Assembly: GCA_043228905.1 (NCBI GenBank)
Contig: JBHGNT010000540.1
Span: forward strand, 1 to 21,212
DNA: 21,212 nt
Source: Azolla caroliniana
Lineage: Eukaryota > Plantae > Polypodiophyta
Direction of reading: 5' to 3'
Shown here in pieces: positions 1 through 11,085 of this stretch. Made by a program: the position numbers and the translations under genes. Below the pieces are notes generated by a model. That model searched no databases, was not told where the DNA came from, and worked only from the letters and a program-made list of their open reading frames with translations. Numbering within the stretch: position 1 is the stretch's first letter; each line of letters begins with the position of its first letter.

Positions 1-527
1 ATCCCTCACCACCAGTACAGGATTGTAAAATCATCTAAAAAATGGATCAGTTCCAATTGTAAAACCTCTTCCTTCATTAAGGTCATTATGTTTGATCTTT
101 AGGACACATAGGCATTTTATTTTTTGAGTATAGATAAACTGAATCAACCCATATTTGTTACGCTTTGTTACAATGCTCTGCCTTTGACCATATTCTTGTT
201 TGCTCTCCACAGATTGTCAATCTGATCCAATCCCTTGATACATTTCTCACATGATCACAATGTACACTATCAGTTGCAGCATTCATTAGTAATATTTTCA
301 AATGTAGAGAGTCACCAAACTCCATACATGAAAATGTATCACTTCTGGTCTCATAGGTCATATTTGACCTCTGAGGATGATACAAAATCTATCTCATTCG
401 GTCTGATAGGTCATTTTTGCCCCTTAAAAACATTAATTTTTCTTTCCCTGAAAAATTTGTAGTCCTAGAGTATTCTGATCTAATTAAGGCTTATCCCCAA
501 ATGCCATGAAAATTTGTTTTTCTCCAG

Positions 528-3500
528 GTCCAGATGGCATCAGAATTGGAGTTGTTAAAGCTGGAGGTGAGCAAACTTTCAAAGCAATTGGAAACTTCCA
601 TGCAATGCGATCACCTAGTACCTGATGCAGGTGTTGATGTAAATACATTTAGAGAGGAAACCCAAGTACCAGTTCAGCGAGTATACATTCTTGGTGGCCA
701 CGATGGCCATTCATGGTTGGCATCTGTGGACGTTCTTTCTCCAGCCAGACATGAGTATTATCCAGTGGCTTCCATGCTGACACCTCGATCTTATGCTGCC
801 TCTAGTGTGTTGATGGGGCAAGTTTATATTTTTGGTGGAGGGAATGGGAAGTTGTGGTATGAAACAGGTACTTTTTTCCATTTTAGATTTTTAAGCCTTA
901 TGATTATTTCATATGAAGATGAAAAGATTTAGACAATCTTTCCTGCCAGTTGAAGTGTATGATAGTGTAGAAGATATATGGAGCGATTGTCCTCCAATGA
1001 ACCTTAAGAGGGGCAGTTTGGCTGGTGCAACGATTGGTGATAGAATATTTGCAGTTGGTGGTGGAAATGGACAGCTTCACTTTTCTGACGTTGAATGCTA
1101 TGATCCACATCTTGGCATGTGGATCAGTTCCACATCAATGTTGAATAAGGTATGTTATCTTAAAAAGTTATTAGTTTTTCATGCTGTTGGATATGGATCC
1201 ATTCTTTGATTAAAAGTGCGTCCACAATGCATTGCCTATCTGGATTGTTTTAAAAGAGTGTTATACTAAAAAATTCAATAAATTCAGAAGGCAGCACTAT
1301 GCTTCCAGATTATGGAACACAAGAACTCGGTTGCACTTCATAATGTTTCTATTTGATCAGCTTCTCAAGTCCAGGACTTCAACATTAATAGCTGATTTCT
1401 CACAAGTAAATTATTCATTAGAGTTATTGTCAACCTAAACTAAAACACGAACCTATGAACAAATTACAACAAAAGAGAGAAGAAAGAAACAAATGTATCA
1501 TCTTTGAAGAGGCCAAAATTACATCTTAAAATGTTGTCTCATCTTTCACAATAACAAACAATAAATAAATATAACTTGAGGTATGAGAAAATTTTCTTTG
1601 CTAACCTCAACATTTTGAACTTAGAAGAACTGAAACTTCTGCAGTCAAACGACATCCAACATACAGTTTGGAGAAGTATTAGCCTATCATGGTTCTTCTA
1701 TAGTAATGATGTACCATGAGATCCCCACTCTTGAAGATCACTACAACCTAGTTTAGATAACATCACACAGGACCAACATGTCATGGGCATAGATAGTTTT
1801 CAGCTACCATTCCATTGTGATCTCGGGCTTTTACAAATTGTAACCAACCCTAAAATCAGTCTAATAGACCACAGATAATTAAAGGTTCTCGTATGTTTAT
1901 ATTCTCTCTCTCACCATTGCAGGTGCTTCCCTTGCTTCAGAGACCTCTCCATTCTGGATTAACGTATGCTAGAGATCTTTCGTAGACAAAAGTTATAATA
2001 TATGAGCCGAAAACCAGATTCTTTAGTCTCTTTTTATCTTATTTACTTCTATATTTACTTAGTAATATTTATTTTATTGTGATTTGTTGTTCTCAAAGAT
2101 GAGACAACACGTCAGATGTAATCTCCATTTTGGCTTTATAGGCCATTTTGGCCTCTTAAAAGACGTTAATATATCTTTCTTTCTTCAATGTATTCTCTGC
2201 ATCTCAGCCATTTTCCTCTATGCATCAAAGCTAGGTTATATCTTTTTCCTCTTTGTATAACACGTTCAGCTCATGCGTGGCAGGAAGCCCTTGGAATCTA
2301 TGCACTGTATGAATCCGAGTCAAGAAATATGTGTTCTTCCAATGGGTTGTCCAAGGCTGTGACTAGCACAATTGGAGTAAAACAAGAATGCTCACTATAA
2401 CCCACTCTCTTTGGATCACATATTGAACTTCCAAGCCCTTATTGAGGAAGGCAGAGCCCATAACAAGAGGATTTATTGCTACTTTGTGGATTTCCTAAAA
2501 GCCTTTGACACTGCTGCATGCTCAGCTTATGCAACGGCTAGAAGCCCTTGGTGTCCCTATAGATATGCAATGGGGAATCGCTGCACTAGATAGAAGTATT
2601 TTGTATGGACAAAGGTTTGTCAATAAACATGGATAAAACTAAATTGATTGTTTTTTAACACCACTCAAGCATGGGTAACAAGGTCTGAATCATATTCTTC
2701 TTAGGAGAGGAAAAGGTGACATACACACACTCCTACACATGCCTAAGAGTAACATTTACAGGCCCTAGGTTCTCCTTACAAGAGGCTGCTTGTGCCCGAC
2801 TTTCTTGTGGATATGCAGGCCTTGGTGCTCTCGAAAGATAATGTGCACATTCACAGTTCCTAGAGCCATGAACTAAATTGTGGCTATTTTATACACTTGT
2901 CCCACCAACTCTTCTAAATGGAGTAGAAACATGGGGCTCGAGTTTTAATAACGCAAATAACTAGAAAGAGTTAGAGAGACCTTTAGTCTCAATGGTTGCA
3001 TGCATGATAAGGAGCAAAGCCTCAGCGCCCCATGATATAATCCAGGGGCAGCCCCTATAATCATTGAGGCATTATTCCAATCAGTGACATGTATCCAATG
3101 GCTTTGGGAGCTCCCCAAACAAAGGTACTCAAGGTTGGTAATTATGTCATCAAAACAAAATGCTAAACATAGAGATATTCATTGTTGGTATGCTCGTGGT
3201 ATGCTCAAATGCAACAGTGGTTCGAGTCCCGTGGCATAAACATAAATGCACTACCCCCATTCAAATAGAGCTTGGATTGACCCCATCTAAACATGCCCAA
3301 AGTTGAAAAGGATTTGCATCTGTTTCGATTGTGCTTTTCCTATGTTCGATTTCATAAAGAAAAGTAATCTTTTCCTCAATTAAAATCTGGTTTATATAGC
3401 TAATACTTCTTCCTTTTCTTGAAGCGTTTTTGCGTTGCAGCAGCAGAGTTAGATGGAGTGCTGTATGCAATTGGTGGTTACAATGATCAAAAGTATCTGG

Positions 3501-5018
3501 CGTAAGTTCATTGTAATTGGAAATAAGGTTAGGTATGCTAAATAAGAAAACTAGATCATGTTGGGATAGCATACCACTCTTTTCTAACAAGAAAATTGGC
3601 GGAACTGCCAACAACTGCCTGAGGATTGTGGGTCTTGGATGAGAGATTTTGTTCTTAAATTTGGTAGGCAAATATAGAGAATTCACAGGAAATGCAATGC
3701 GATCTTGGCTTTGAAAGTTATATGGGGTGGTTGATTTCATTTCATGAAAAACTATTGCATTGAATTGCATGACCAGCATTCAATCTTTTTTTGTTGAGCC
3801 TATTAGTATATGATGGATTTTCTTTATTTATTTCCTTTTTTGTTGTGTTTTTAACTTTAAAATTTGACAAAAATATTATTAATATCGTGTAAAATTGTTC
3901 AGGTCTGTTGAGAGATTTGATCCCCGTGAAGCTTTATGGACAGCAGTTGCTCCAATGAACAAAAAAAGAGGTAGTCTGTCTGCAACAACACTAGGTGGCA
4001 AGATGTACGTTTCTTTATTTGTAAACATATTCAACTTCTCACAACCCATTAGAGTCTGTGTTTTTGCTCATGCTGTCTGTCATCTGGATGTGCTTTTTCT
4101 TCACAGTTATGCAATCGGTGGCTATGATGGTTCAGAGTTCTTGAGCAGTGTTGAGATGTATGAACCTCGTACAAATGCATGGTTGGAAATGGTAAGGAGA
4201 ATCTGTTTGGCTGGAAATGGTAAATATAAGTGTGATACTTCAACATATTATTCGTGTAACTCGTTAGTGTTCCACCATGATTTATCAATGGCCATAGTAG
4301 ATTCTGTGATGCATAACATATGAAGAAGACTTGCTTAAATTTCCCAACATGTCTAAGTTGATGTTTTCTTGTTTCTTGATCGGGTGCTAGATGCATGGGG
4401 CATCTTATTGCAAATTTAACAACTCTTAGTATGTGCATTCACCTAACTCCAGCAAAGGGGATTAGAATAGGAGTTCATAGATCATTTCTTTTTGTATGAT
4501 GTCTATGTATGGACATCATATCACATCACGATTGTAACATTTTCAGTCTCATAGGCAAAACTGGCCTCTTTAGAGACTGTAATATAATCTATCAATCTTC
4601 TTATATCCCCCTCCCTACCCTGATAATAACATCACAGAAGAAAAAAAAAACCTATCGTAGTCATTTTTCAATAAGATTTATTAAGTTGGGCTTGTGATTC
4701 TTGTGACAGGAAACTGGAATGCACAATGGAAGAGCTTATGGAGCTGCAGCAAGAGTTGATGACTGTATCTATGTGTTTGGAGGCTTAAACGGTGGACCAT
4801 ATGTTGATACTGTAAGCAAATGTAACTAAGTAGATAGATAGATAGATATGCTTTAATCTTAAACAAGATTTCAAACTGCAATTTACTCATGATACACCAT
4901 AACTTGCTTGCCAAAGCAGGTAGAGTGCTACAGAGAGAATACTGGGTGGGAAGTTGTGGAAGACCTCTCCATTGGTGGTCGGTGTTTTCTTTCTTGTGCT
5001 GTGTTGGAATCATTATGA
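528..5018 (+). CDS. Kelch-repeat beta-propeller protein, 3' part (resembles plant DCD+Kelch / 'NS1A-binding protein-like' proteins); 5' exons lie upstream of the window
   Basis: Frame-consistent exons with GT-AG introns: 528-867, 950-1149, 3425-3501, 3903-4004, 4107-4191, 4710-4811, 4920-5018 (TGA 5016-5018). The spliced product has six Kelch GG motifs: VYILGGHDG, VYIFGGGNG, IFAVGGGNG, LYAIGGYND, IYAIGGYDG, IYVFGGLNG. Each is followed by a VE/VD-x-Y/F-like strand, most with the downstream Trp. A coiled-coil-like stretch (ELELLKLEVSKLSKQLE) precedes them. The first visible exon follows a polypyrimidine+CAG acceptor (ends 527), so ATG 534 is probably internal. The DCD subfamily call is inference; no DCD domain is visible here. 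Confidence 0.9.
1478..1577 (-). repeat. Same dispersed repeat family, inverted partial copy
   Basis: GAAGAAAGAAACAAATGTATCATCTTTGAAGAGGCCAAAATTACATCTTAAAATGTTGTCTCATCTTT aligns by eye with the reverse complement of ~2060-2186 (GAAGAAAGAAAGATATATTAACGTCTTTTAAGAGGCCAAAAT...ATTACATCTGACGTGTTGTCTCATCTTT). Confidence 0.7.
1905..2186 (+). repeat. Dispersed (TTTC)n-tailed repeat family, long copy (probable LINE/SINE 3' end)
   Basis: CAGGTGCTTCCCTTGCTTCAGAGACCTCTCCATTCTGGATT (from ~1920) matches the reverse complement of ~20175-20217 (CAGGTGCTTCCCTCACTTCAGAGATCTCTCCATTCTGGATC). The copy ends in AGACGTTAATATATCTTTCTTTCTTC, a tail shared with the other copies. Confidence 0.7.
2260..3290 (+). mobile_element. 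Degenerate LINE (non-LTR retrotransposon) ORF2 reverse-transcriptase relic in the Kelch gene's long intron
   Basis: Translatable RT motifs broken by stops and frameshifts: IGVKQECSL*PTLFG (2371-2414; consensus GVKQGCPLSP.LF), DHILNFQALIEE...YCYFVDFLKAFD (2414-2509), FCMDKGLSINMDKTK (2599-2643), KLWLFYTLVPPTLLNGVETWG (2875-2937). No YADD motif is left. Boundaries are approximate. Confidence 0.85.
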
Positions 5019-5522
5019 TGATCATGAAATACATCAGTTTTGTGTGGAGAATATATGTAGTTGAATATCTTCTCAGTGTTGTATGGAGTATCTATCCGAA
5101 TTTCCTTCAGATGTATATGAAGTGGACCATATGCTTCTCTTCCTGATATAAAAATTTCCCATCATATCAAAGATATTGCTGCAATGTTTTGTTAACCATG
5201 CTTCCTTTTAGCAGCTAAGCTTGCTATAGTTGGTAAATGATCTTTCATGCACGTTAGAAAGTGCCATGGTCATTTATTGTGATCACTATTTGTTTCTCCA
5301 ACAACTTTTTGAGTTCCACCTTATCGTTACGAAGGAAACCTTTGTGGGTTCTACAGAAGTTTTTATCTTCTTCTCATCACTTTTGTCAAATGTACACTTG
5401 TCTATTACTTGACATGTTGAGCAAATCATCTCTATGCTCAAAGATGTGGGTGACAAATTAATAGTGAAGGCATTACACTACAGCTTGACAAATAGTATGA
5501 TATGGGATGCTGAAATGATGTT

Positions 5523-5900
5523 GAAGTTAGCAATGGGCCTGGTTCGGTTCGGGTTCGGTGCCTTGAAACCAAACCAAACCGTTTATGAACATTCGAACAT
5601 TTAAACCAAACCATTTAAATAAACAGGTAAACTAAACCATTTAAACCAAAACCGTTTAGGGAAAAGTTAAAACCAAACCGAACCATTTAATAAAAAGTTT
5701 AAACCTAATCACATTTAAGCTAAGCTAATTAAAAATTAATTAAATAAAAATACACAAAATTAAATAAGCATTTATGTTAAAATAAATAAATAAGATTAAT
5801 TGAGCCATTAGATTAAATAAACAATTAAGTTAACTGAATTAAACCAATGAAAAACATTAATTAAACCATTAAATTACAAAAACACTTAATGGATAAAAAA
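5523..5900. mobile_element. Probable terminal/subterminal fragment of a DNA transposon (hAT-like, non-autonomous)
   Basis: GGTTCGGTTCGGGTTCGGT is followed by many oppositely oriented AAACC(A/G)AACC motifs (5545-5690) and then a very AT-rich tract. Clusters like this are typical transposase-binding subterminal arrays of plant hAT elements. I found no partner end or TSD. Confidence 0.55.
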
Positions 5901-5959
5901 AAATAGCCCAAAAACCTATAAACTGTGCAACATATGTTTTCAATGAACTTTCAAAGAGC

Positions 5960-6290
5960 ATTGTAATTGGTGTTATAGGAAACTTCACCATGTGCTAGTA
6001 TCATTCTTCTCCTTTCCAATTGTTGTGACCAACAGAACATGCAATATATGTCCCAATGTAGAGTCTCTACCAAATAATGAGAAATTGAGGAGCACCATAA
6101 TGATGCACAAATATAATTAGACACTCTCTAATCTTGTTTGAAACAAACAAACTTTGCATGTTTCCACAATTTTCAAATTGCAAAGACATCATTAGAAATA
6201 CTAAACCTCCAAGAGGATGTAAATATCTTTGGGGACCCTTATGATGGTGTTGAGTTCTCATAATTGCCATATGCTACAAAAGGTTATGTT
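5960..6290 (-). mobile_element. Probable highly degenerate Ty3/gypsy integrase fragment
   Basis: Minus-strand translation across frameshifts gives motifs in the expected integrase order: HHKGPQRYLHPL (cf. H..P.GLL.PL), WRFSISNDV (cf. W..ISMDF), IFVHHYGAPQFLI (cf. IV..HG.P..II), HMVKF/SYNT (cf. L..VEF.YN). Matches are by eye only. Confidence 0.45.
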
Positions 6291-7547
6291 TCTCCGAGTG
6301 GTTTGGTCTAAATTATGAATGATCTAGTGGAATCCTTAATTGTAAAAAGAGAAACATATATATACATTTGTGACTAAGCTTGAGAGAGAAAATAACCAAG
6401 AGTGTTGCTAAGTACATGCAATATTTTATGGCGTTCCCTGATCTCTTTCGTGGCGTTGACATCTTGCACTTGTTCCATCTTGTATTTGGGATGTAGTGAA
6501 GAAATAGAGATTAATTTCCTGGTTTTACTTGAGTTTCATATTTGCATAAGGATTAATAACTCTTATCCTTGTGAGTGAGGGGGGAAATCCTTTCTTATAG
6601 CACACAATTGCTAGATTGTGAGGCAGTCACTAAGACTAACAACTTTTTTAATTGGTAACCACCATTTGCTTACCTAAATTACAAAAATCTTCATTGGGCA
6701 AAAGTACAAATTATTTGTGCTACTACAAATCTTATCATTGGGTCTGCATAATGTTTTGCTATTTACTACAAGGGTATGCTACAATCACATCATATTCTTT
6801 TAATGCTTGCCATTTTCTTTCTCAAGCTTGTTACTTGCAATTTTCTAGAGTAGCACATTTAAGAAAATATACACCAGTAACATTGATCTGCTCTCAAAGG
6901 TCAGGATTTAAGATGAAGGCCTGCACAACACAATAATCCGTTATTACTACCATTTAATACCAATTACTAAATTCAATATTAGTAAATGATGCTACACGCA
7001 AGACAGCACTTCAGTGTGTCCAATACCAAAAAGCAAAACAAAGAGGAACGCCTCAAATTCAAAAGTTACTTTAGAGAATAAAATGATTGATGTACAATTT
7101 CACCAAATACATCAAGTGAAAATAGGTTGTCTCAATGAAGTCAATTACAACTAAAATATAAGATGGTGATGTATGTTGAGTATATACAAATGATCTAATA
7201 TTGTTATCTACTAGTTTTAGTGTATATTGTTGATTTGCTATAGAGAAACTCCTTGATGTGAACTTCATGGTCGCAGATGCTTTTATGTAATGCATCACTA
7301 TTAGTGTTTTTGAAATATGTCAGAATAACTTCTGAATTTGTGTTAAATATTTTAAAAGAGGAATAACATGTGAAATGAAACATATTAAGGCTAGAGTAAA
7401 TCCCTATACATTTCGGGCATTTCTTTCACAATATTTTACACCTTTTCCATAATGAAAACAAAACTCCTCAGATTAGTAGACAAGTTTCCTGAACATATTC
7501 AAAGGAAAATAGCATATAGATACAACGCAAGCCTTTTCAAGGTTGCA

Positions 7548-10103
7548 TTAGCTGCTCCAGTAGTTCTTCAGTTGTTGTATATGCATCAACAACTCATTTC
7601 TCCCCTGATTCGTAACACAACTAGTCATGATCCAAGGTGGCATTTGATCATATGATTTCTTTAATAATCGCAAGAAATCTCGGATATTCTCTTCTAGTGC
7701 TGTCTTTTTCTTTGTTTTATCACATTTAGTAAAGACAATTGTTAAAGGAACCTGTTGCAAAAAGAAAAAGAAAAGGTCAAGTTTTCTCATAGATTTTAAG
7801 AAGCAAAAAATACATAATCAGAATATATTAGTATTTCAGCAAAAAGCGTATCCAGTATTTTTTCTTGTTTAAGAAACAGAACACTGCAAAAGTTCATATT
7901 TTCTGCTCATTACTATTACCTTATTTCGACCAAGCCAATCAGCACAATCAAGGTCAATCTGTTGTGGAGGAATGCTTGCATCAATAAGCAAGAGAACACT
8001 AACAAGACTATCCGAACGAAGGAAGTAACCTTTTGTGAAATTATTCCATGTGCTCCGGACATCAGTTGGTACGTTGGCAAATCTAGACATAAATATTTAG
8101 GAAAGAAATATATATCGAATCAGAATGATATTGCCAAAATATATGGAACAAGAATGGTAATGCAAGGATATATCACAAAAATGGTATTGCAAAAATATAT
8201 TGTGAATATGATAATGCTGAAAAAGTTATGATATGTGTAAGCATATTGCAAAATCTATCTTGAAAATGATAGTTGCAAAATGTATGTCCTGCGCAATAAT
8301 GATGTTGCAAACTCGTGAGAGAATCATATGAACAACGAACATAAGCCTAGATCATTTGATTATCAATAGTACCTGATCCTTCATAAAATATTACCTTACA
8401 TATATGCCTCTTCTTTCAACAATATATTGTAAACGTTTCAAAAGCAAAAAATATCTGTTGTTAGAGACTTACCCATATCCAGGAAGATCAACGAGATACC
8501 AAGTTTTATTGATTAAATAATGTGTGATTACTTGTGTTTTCCCTGTAAAGCACAAACATTTTCAAACCACCATTACGTAGAGCCTGTAAATATCATCGCT
8601 ACAAGATGTGTACTTTTGAAATGCTGAAGTCGGCAGTAATAATACATGCATGCATGCATACATACATACATGACGAAACACAGCTGAATTATACCAAAAC
8701 ATGAACTATGCACTATCAAGATCATGTCTGAGGTCATACCTTAGCAACTATTCCAGAAGCCTCAAAACTGTGCTATTTTCAACTCTTTATAGAAAAGGAA
8801 AATCAACAAAAACACCCCCAACTTACTTGGTTAGGTATTTTAGTGGTACAACATTTACTACTAGATAGGGGTATCCAGGCAATTTTTGAACCTTTATAAA
8901 CATCCCAACCAGGTAAGTTCAAGTTCATGTTCAAATATTCAAAATGCGTTTTATCAAATGAGGGCACATTTTACTATAGCAAAAGAATGCTTGCAAAAAA
9001 CTACGAGTATATCTGGTTTTTCTTTGATATTTCTACCAATTCCCTTTGTTTTTCACAAGAATTTTAGCATAACTTTTATATATTTCTTTTCAAGTTTGTT
9101 TCGTTTATGAATATTTCTGACTTGCAAGTTCACATTTAGAAATTGGTATTTTATTGATTGAGGATTCATATTCTATGGCAAACACAAAACACAAGGCAAC
9201 TTGATAAGAGAAAACTTCCCAGCATTTGAAATTATGGAACGAATACAGAAAAAATTTGCTAAATTAACCCAAGTTTTTGACATGTTTTACCCAAACATAA
9301 GGACAAATTGTTAAGCATCACTACATCAAGCAACATACACAAGTGATTTGTTAAGCAAAACATCTATTAAGCAAACAAATATCCCCAAGGCAGCCTATAA
9401 AGAAAGAAAAAAAACCTGGTTTTTTTGATGTTTCAGCGATTTCCTTTTGTTGTGAGAGGGCATTGATGAGGGAAGACTTTCCAACATTCGACCGACCAAC
9501 TAGTGCAAACTCTGGAAGGCCATCATTGGGGCAATGGGCAGCGCGAGAACTCTCCTTAGCCATCACACAAGTGTGAACACGAAAATCTGAACTCTCGTGT
9601 GGACCAAGGAATATATTTGATCCTGGAAGCTTCTTCAAAGAACTCAAATCTTCGCAAAGAATTGCACTTGGTGGTATGAACATTCCTTTATAGAGAAGAA
9701 CAAAATAACCCAAAAATATTTCACTAAAAAATTGTGCACTAAGCTAGGAGGTATGAACAAATACCTTTTTAGAGAAAAAAAATTTAAAAACTGACATTGC
9801 TTCTTCTTTAAATAATTCAAAAATACGATTCTCTTGCTATGAAGAGGTATGAACGTGGTACATACCTTTAAGAGAAGATAGTTCTTCTTTGTTGTTGATT
9901 TTCTTCTTTAACTCAGAGATGGGTTCTTCTGTGACAATCTCCAGCTTCTCTAGTGGTTTCTTTCTGTGTGAGGAGGCCATGGATGAGGTACTTTGGGAGG
10001 TATGAGTCGTGGCCCATCTTCTCAATTGAGGCCATGGTGAAGAAGAAGGCTCGCAGAGGCGACAAAGACGATGGATACATGCAGAGCTCGTCGCAGTAGC
10101 CAT
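7548..10103 (-). CDS. engB: EngB/YihA(YsxC)-family ribosome-biogenesis GTPase, probably plastid/organelle-targeted (similar to Arabidopsis At2g22870/EMB2001 type)
   Basis: Exons on the minus strand: 10103-9866, 9685-9416, 8542-8473, 8082-7920, 7751-7548 (TAA). All introns are GT-AG and phases match; 945 nt = 314 aa. Motifs: G1 [18 protein letters not shown]2 KKPGKTQ, G3 LVDLPGYG, G4 VFTKCDK, G5-like IMTSC. The Ser/Thr/Arg-rich N-terminus ([16 protein letters not shown]...) resembles a transit peptide. Start context is CCATGG. Confidence 0.93.
8124..8312. repeat. Degenerate ~28-30 bp minisatellite (about 7 units) in GTPase intron 3
   Basis: The core AATG(A/G)TA(T/A)TGCAAAA(A)TATAT recurs at about 8124, 8153, 8180, 8208, 8242, 8265 and 8298. 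Confidence 0.65.
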
Positions 10104-10141
10104 GGAGCTTGAAGCTCTCAGCTATTCTAAGGTTCGGAAGC

Positions 10142-10175
10142 ATATATATATATACATATGTATGTATATGTATAT
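10142..10175. repeat. (TA)n/(TATG)n microsatellite just upstream of the GTPase start codon
   Basis: ATATATATATATACATATGTATGTATATGTATAT read directly from the sequence. Confidence 0.8.
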
Positions 10176-10212
10176 GAAATTCCAGGAATACCCCTGGATG
10201 GATCTCGAATTC

Positions 10213-10264
10213 CAGAAAAAGAAGAAGAAAGAAAGATATATTAACATCTCGAAAATACCATAAT
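10213..10264 (-). repeat. 52-bp element, copy A (identical to 16009-16060)
   Basis: Plus-strand CAGAAAAAGAAGAAGAAAGAAAGATATATTAACATCTCGAAAATACCATAAT, a base-for-base match with copy B. Confidence 0.95.
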
Positions 10265-11085
10265 TCATCGCTACCCTCGAGCTCTCCTATACTCGATCGA
10301 AATGTATGCACAATTAAGACTCGATTGATGAGTGTTCCTAGACTGAAGAACGGTAGTGGAGACACACGTAACACATATCCAATTGGAAGCCCATCCGGTT
10401 CTAAAGGTAGTCTAGTCAGTCGGCAAAGTTGCCAACGTTTATGTATTATTACTTACACTACATTGGAAGGCTGTGAAGTAAGTCCCACAATATTCGTATA
10501 TTGTTCGAAAATGTTCATCAAAGTCCCCTCCTGTTCTTAATTAACGAATGGAAGACTATGGACATACATTCCTTGGAAATTTAGGAACTTAATGGCGAAA
10601 GTGTATGCCTTTCGAGTTGGCTACTCTCAAGGTGTGACATAGCAAACTCGCTTATTGAATACTTCAAAAATAAAATCATGACTTAGATCCAATGAATCTG
10701 AGATCCACAACAAACGTTCCATCAAATCTGTTTACAAATAACTTTGTGGGTATTCACCTTAACACCCTTGCTAAGTTGCTTTTCAAAAAAACATCGGAAC
10801 ACCTATATGCAATAATAAATTAGGTTATATTTAATCACCAAGTGCTCTTAAATACAAAAGCAACTTTCACTAGTTTATGAAAACTGAAGTTTGGAATGTG
10901 TTCGTTGTTATAACTTAATAGAAAGTGGGAACACTATGGTTGAAGAATGACAAGTTTCATTGTCTACTACTATATAGGACCTCCTCAATTAGGAGCTTGA
11001 CAAGTCAATATCCTTAGGCAAAATAAGTTAACTCATTAGCCTTACTCATGATTCGTTATGCCCTTGAATTAGATGATATGAGCAA

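Noticed and set aside
534-932. ATG 534 as the true start of a stand-alone Kelch protein
   Set aside because: A good splice acceptor lies just upstream in frame (TTTTTCTCCAG, ends 527) and the upstream sequence looks intronic, so this is more likely an internal exon.
1478-2186. MITE/MULE with ~100-bp terminal inverted repeats
   Set aside because: No target-site duplication in the flanks, and the same 'TIR' occurs singly at four other places with variable truncation, which fits retroposon 3' ends better.
3261-3779. 172-aa minus-strand ORF
   Set aside because: It is antisense to a Kelch exon and its introns, has no recognisable domain, and is most likely a chance ORF.
7548-10103. Bacterial-type YihA/EngB GTPase as horizontal transfer or contamination
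   Set aside because: It has four spliceosomal introns and a transit-peptide-like N-terminal extension. Nuclear-encoded organellar EngB homologues are normal in plants.
9913-10374. 153-aa minus-strand ORF overlapping GTPase exon 1
   Set aside because: It is in a different frame from the GTPase, has no ATG start, and runs through a microsatellite and the 52-bp repeat (HIHIHTYVYIY, FFLLLFL).
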